A stretch of 64,000 bases of DNA from positions 77,485,198 to 77,549,197 of the forward strand of contig NC_090377.1 in the NCBI RefSeq assembly GCF_036365525.1, written 5' to 3'. The DNA comes from Heterodontus francisci. Its lineage: Eukaryota. This document shows positions 62,283 to 64,000 of the stretch, in pieces. The notes beneath the pieces were generated by a model. The model was not told the DNA's origin and ran no database searches. It was given only the letters and a program-made list of their open reading frames with translations. A program made the translations under genes and the position numbers. Positions within the stretch are counted from its first letter, which is position 1, and every line of letters begins with the position of its first letter.

Positions 62283-64000
62283 TTGCTCGTCGCTGATCAT
62301 TGCGGGGTTATTCAATAAACTCGACGAGGGTTAATTTATTCTTTTCGGATTTCTGGCGTTACTTCCTTCGATTAGAAACGGCTTTGTAATCGTTTCAGAT
62401 AGCAAAGCAAAAAAAGTAAAACAAAGCTAAACAATACATTTAAATTAACAACGAGTTATACATATATGTTTTTCAGTCGTATAGGTCAGATTTAAAAAAT
62501 AATAAATTGATTTGAATGTTTTTTTTACAAGAAAGGGCACCGGCGAGATCCTCTTAATTTATCCTTTCATATACATTTACTTAAATGAAGCAAACATTTC
62601 GGCAAAATAGATTTTTGCCGAAAAGTAAATGCACATATGTAAATATGTGCATATCAACATTAATATGCAGCCTATTAATTGCATTACTAACTAATGCAAA
62701 TGTTCATCATTATGAAAAGTGCGGTTTGCCGGAGATTTTAATTGAATGCGGTTAGTGTCTCTTGTTCTATATTGCAGTTAAAACTGGGCAAACGGCAGCT
62801 TTTAGTTCATTTTCAATGTAGAAATTCATGAACATTGTATTATAATTATACAATGATAACGCGTTTTAAATTGCGCGTTTTCAGCTGACTGTTTTTGTTT
62901 ATGCATATAAATGAAACGTTACTGAAAAGGAATATCGTTACAGCACATTTTAGACTCATTTGGAATGAACATATTCTGAATATATTGAAGTATAAGTAGA
63001 ATTCTTCTGGTTAGCAGCCAGTGAAGACATTTCTGATTTTATTTCCCTGAAGCATTCTGTCAAGTTGAGACGACCACCGGAGCGTGAGGAACAAAGTTCA
63101 CTGGTGAATACAAGTTTAACAGATCAAGGACTCTTTGCGTTTAAACTTTAAACGCAGTCGCTTGAAGGAAAAAATTGCGAGTCACTTTATTCATAAGCGA
63201 TTCAGCTATCATCAACTAAGGCTAACCAGCTCGGGAACTGTACGCCTCTCATCTCAGGCTTGCTGTTTCTCCCGATGCTGTAGTTCTTGATGAAATTTCA
63301 ACCTCAAGCGACAAACTTTGAGTTTGCCTGAGGATCCTAGCTGCTTTTCTCGGCAATGACGTCTGCCAGGGGTGAAATGATGGAAATTGTATTCACAGGC
63401 ATGATTTTCATTAGGTAGCAATTAACCTCGAAGTTTCAGTCAAGCGGGCCTATTTTTTATCTGAGGCAAGGGTAGCTATTTCTCCCCGTCTTTGTAGAAG
63501 GGATATTTCATATAGTATATTAATGTTGTTTGATACAATTATTTTTTAGCAAGGATCAATTTCTGTTCATCTACTGCCACTTAAACCCAATAACAGCAAT
63601 AACTATTGTTGATTGATAACAGTTTATATGTAAATTGCAGAAGCATCTATGCGCCAACTATACTTCTGTAGGTAAATATAAATAAATATATAGGAATATA
63701 AGCTAGGTAGACAGACCGACAGACACACGCAGGTCCTACAAGATTTATAGAAACAGCCAGTACAAAATAATCCCTGATCTTAATTCTAACTTTAGCCTTT
63801 TAGCCCTCTGGCTTCTCCCCCATTTTTGACTATGTCTTGACCTTGAGCCCAGTCTCACCTTGCTGTGTTCTAAAATCTAATTGCTGTGCTGTAACCGGGC
63901 CAGCTTCATTTCTCTTCAGTTGAGTGGCGCACGTATTTCATGTTTTCTGTGATGCGGCCCGCCTAATTGTAATGAGAGTGTGCTGAATATATTAATCCGC

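Noticed and set aside
58041-64000. Search for HoxD8 or Hox pseudogene remnants
   Set aside because: No Hox8 N-terminal motif or WFQNR-encoding sequence seen; HoxD8 probably starts beyond the window.
1-64000. CRISPR arrays, tRNA/rRNA genes or prokaryotic operons
   Set aside because: Spliced vertebrate locus; no repeat-spacer periodicity or structural RNA genes seen.

Overview
Vertebrate genomic DNA covering the 5' (posterior) half of a HoxD cluster from a cartilaginous fish. The shark assignment is inferred from gene content, protein sequences and elasmobranch-type repeats; horn shark is a guess from recall, not a verified result. Gene order is Evx2 (- strand, 3 exons), then on the + strand an extra three-exon Hox gene of paralogue group 14 (HoxD14), HoxD13, HoxD12, HoxD11, HoxD10 and HoxD9. 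HoxD8 is not reached. All exon joins were checked by hand for GT-AG and reading phase. Highlights: (1) an intact HoxD14 whose homeobox is split by an intron and carries the WFQNQR signature, so the ORF track shows it only in fragments; (2) a Penelope-type repeat between HoxD14 and HoxD13 forming an 82-bp inverted repeat, with a minimal hammerhead ribozyme and a 14-bp target-site-like duplication; (3) a cluster-wide excess of TCAAGGTCA/DR0 nuclear-receptor motifs; (4) candidate CTCF sites and probable conserved noncoding blocks 3' of Evx2; (5) a HoxA13/C13-like N-terminus on HoxD13.
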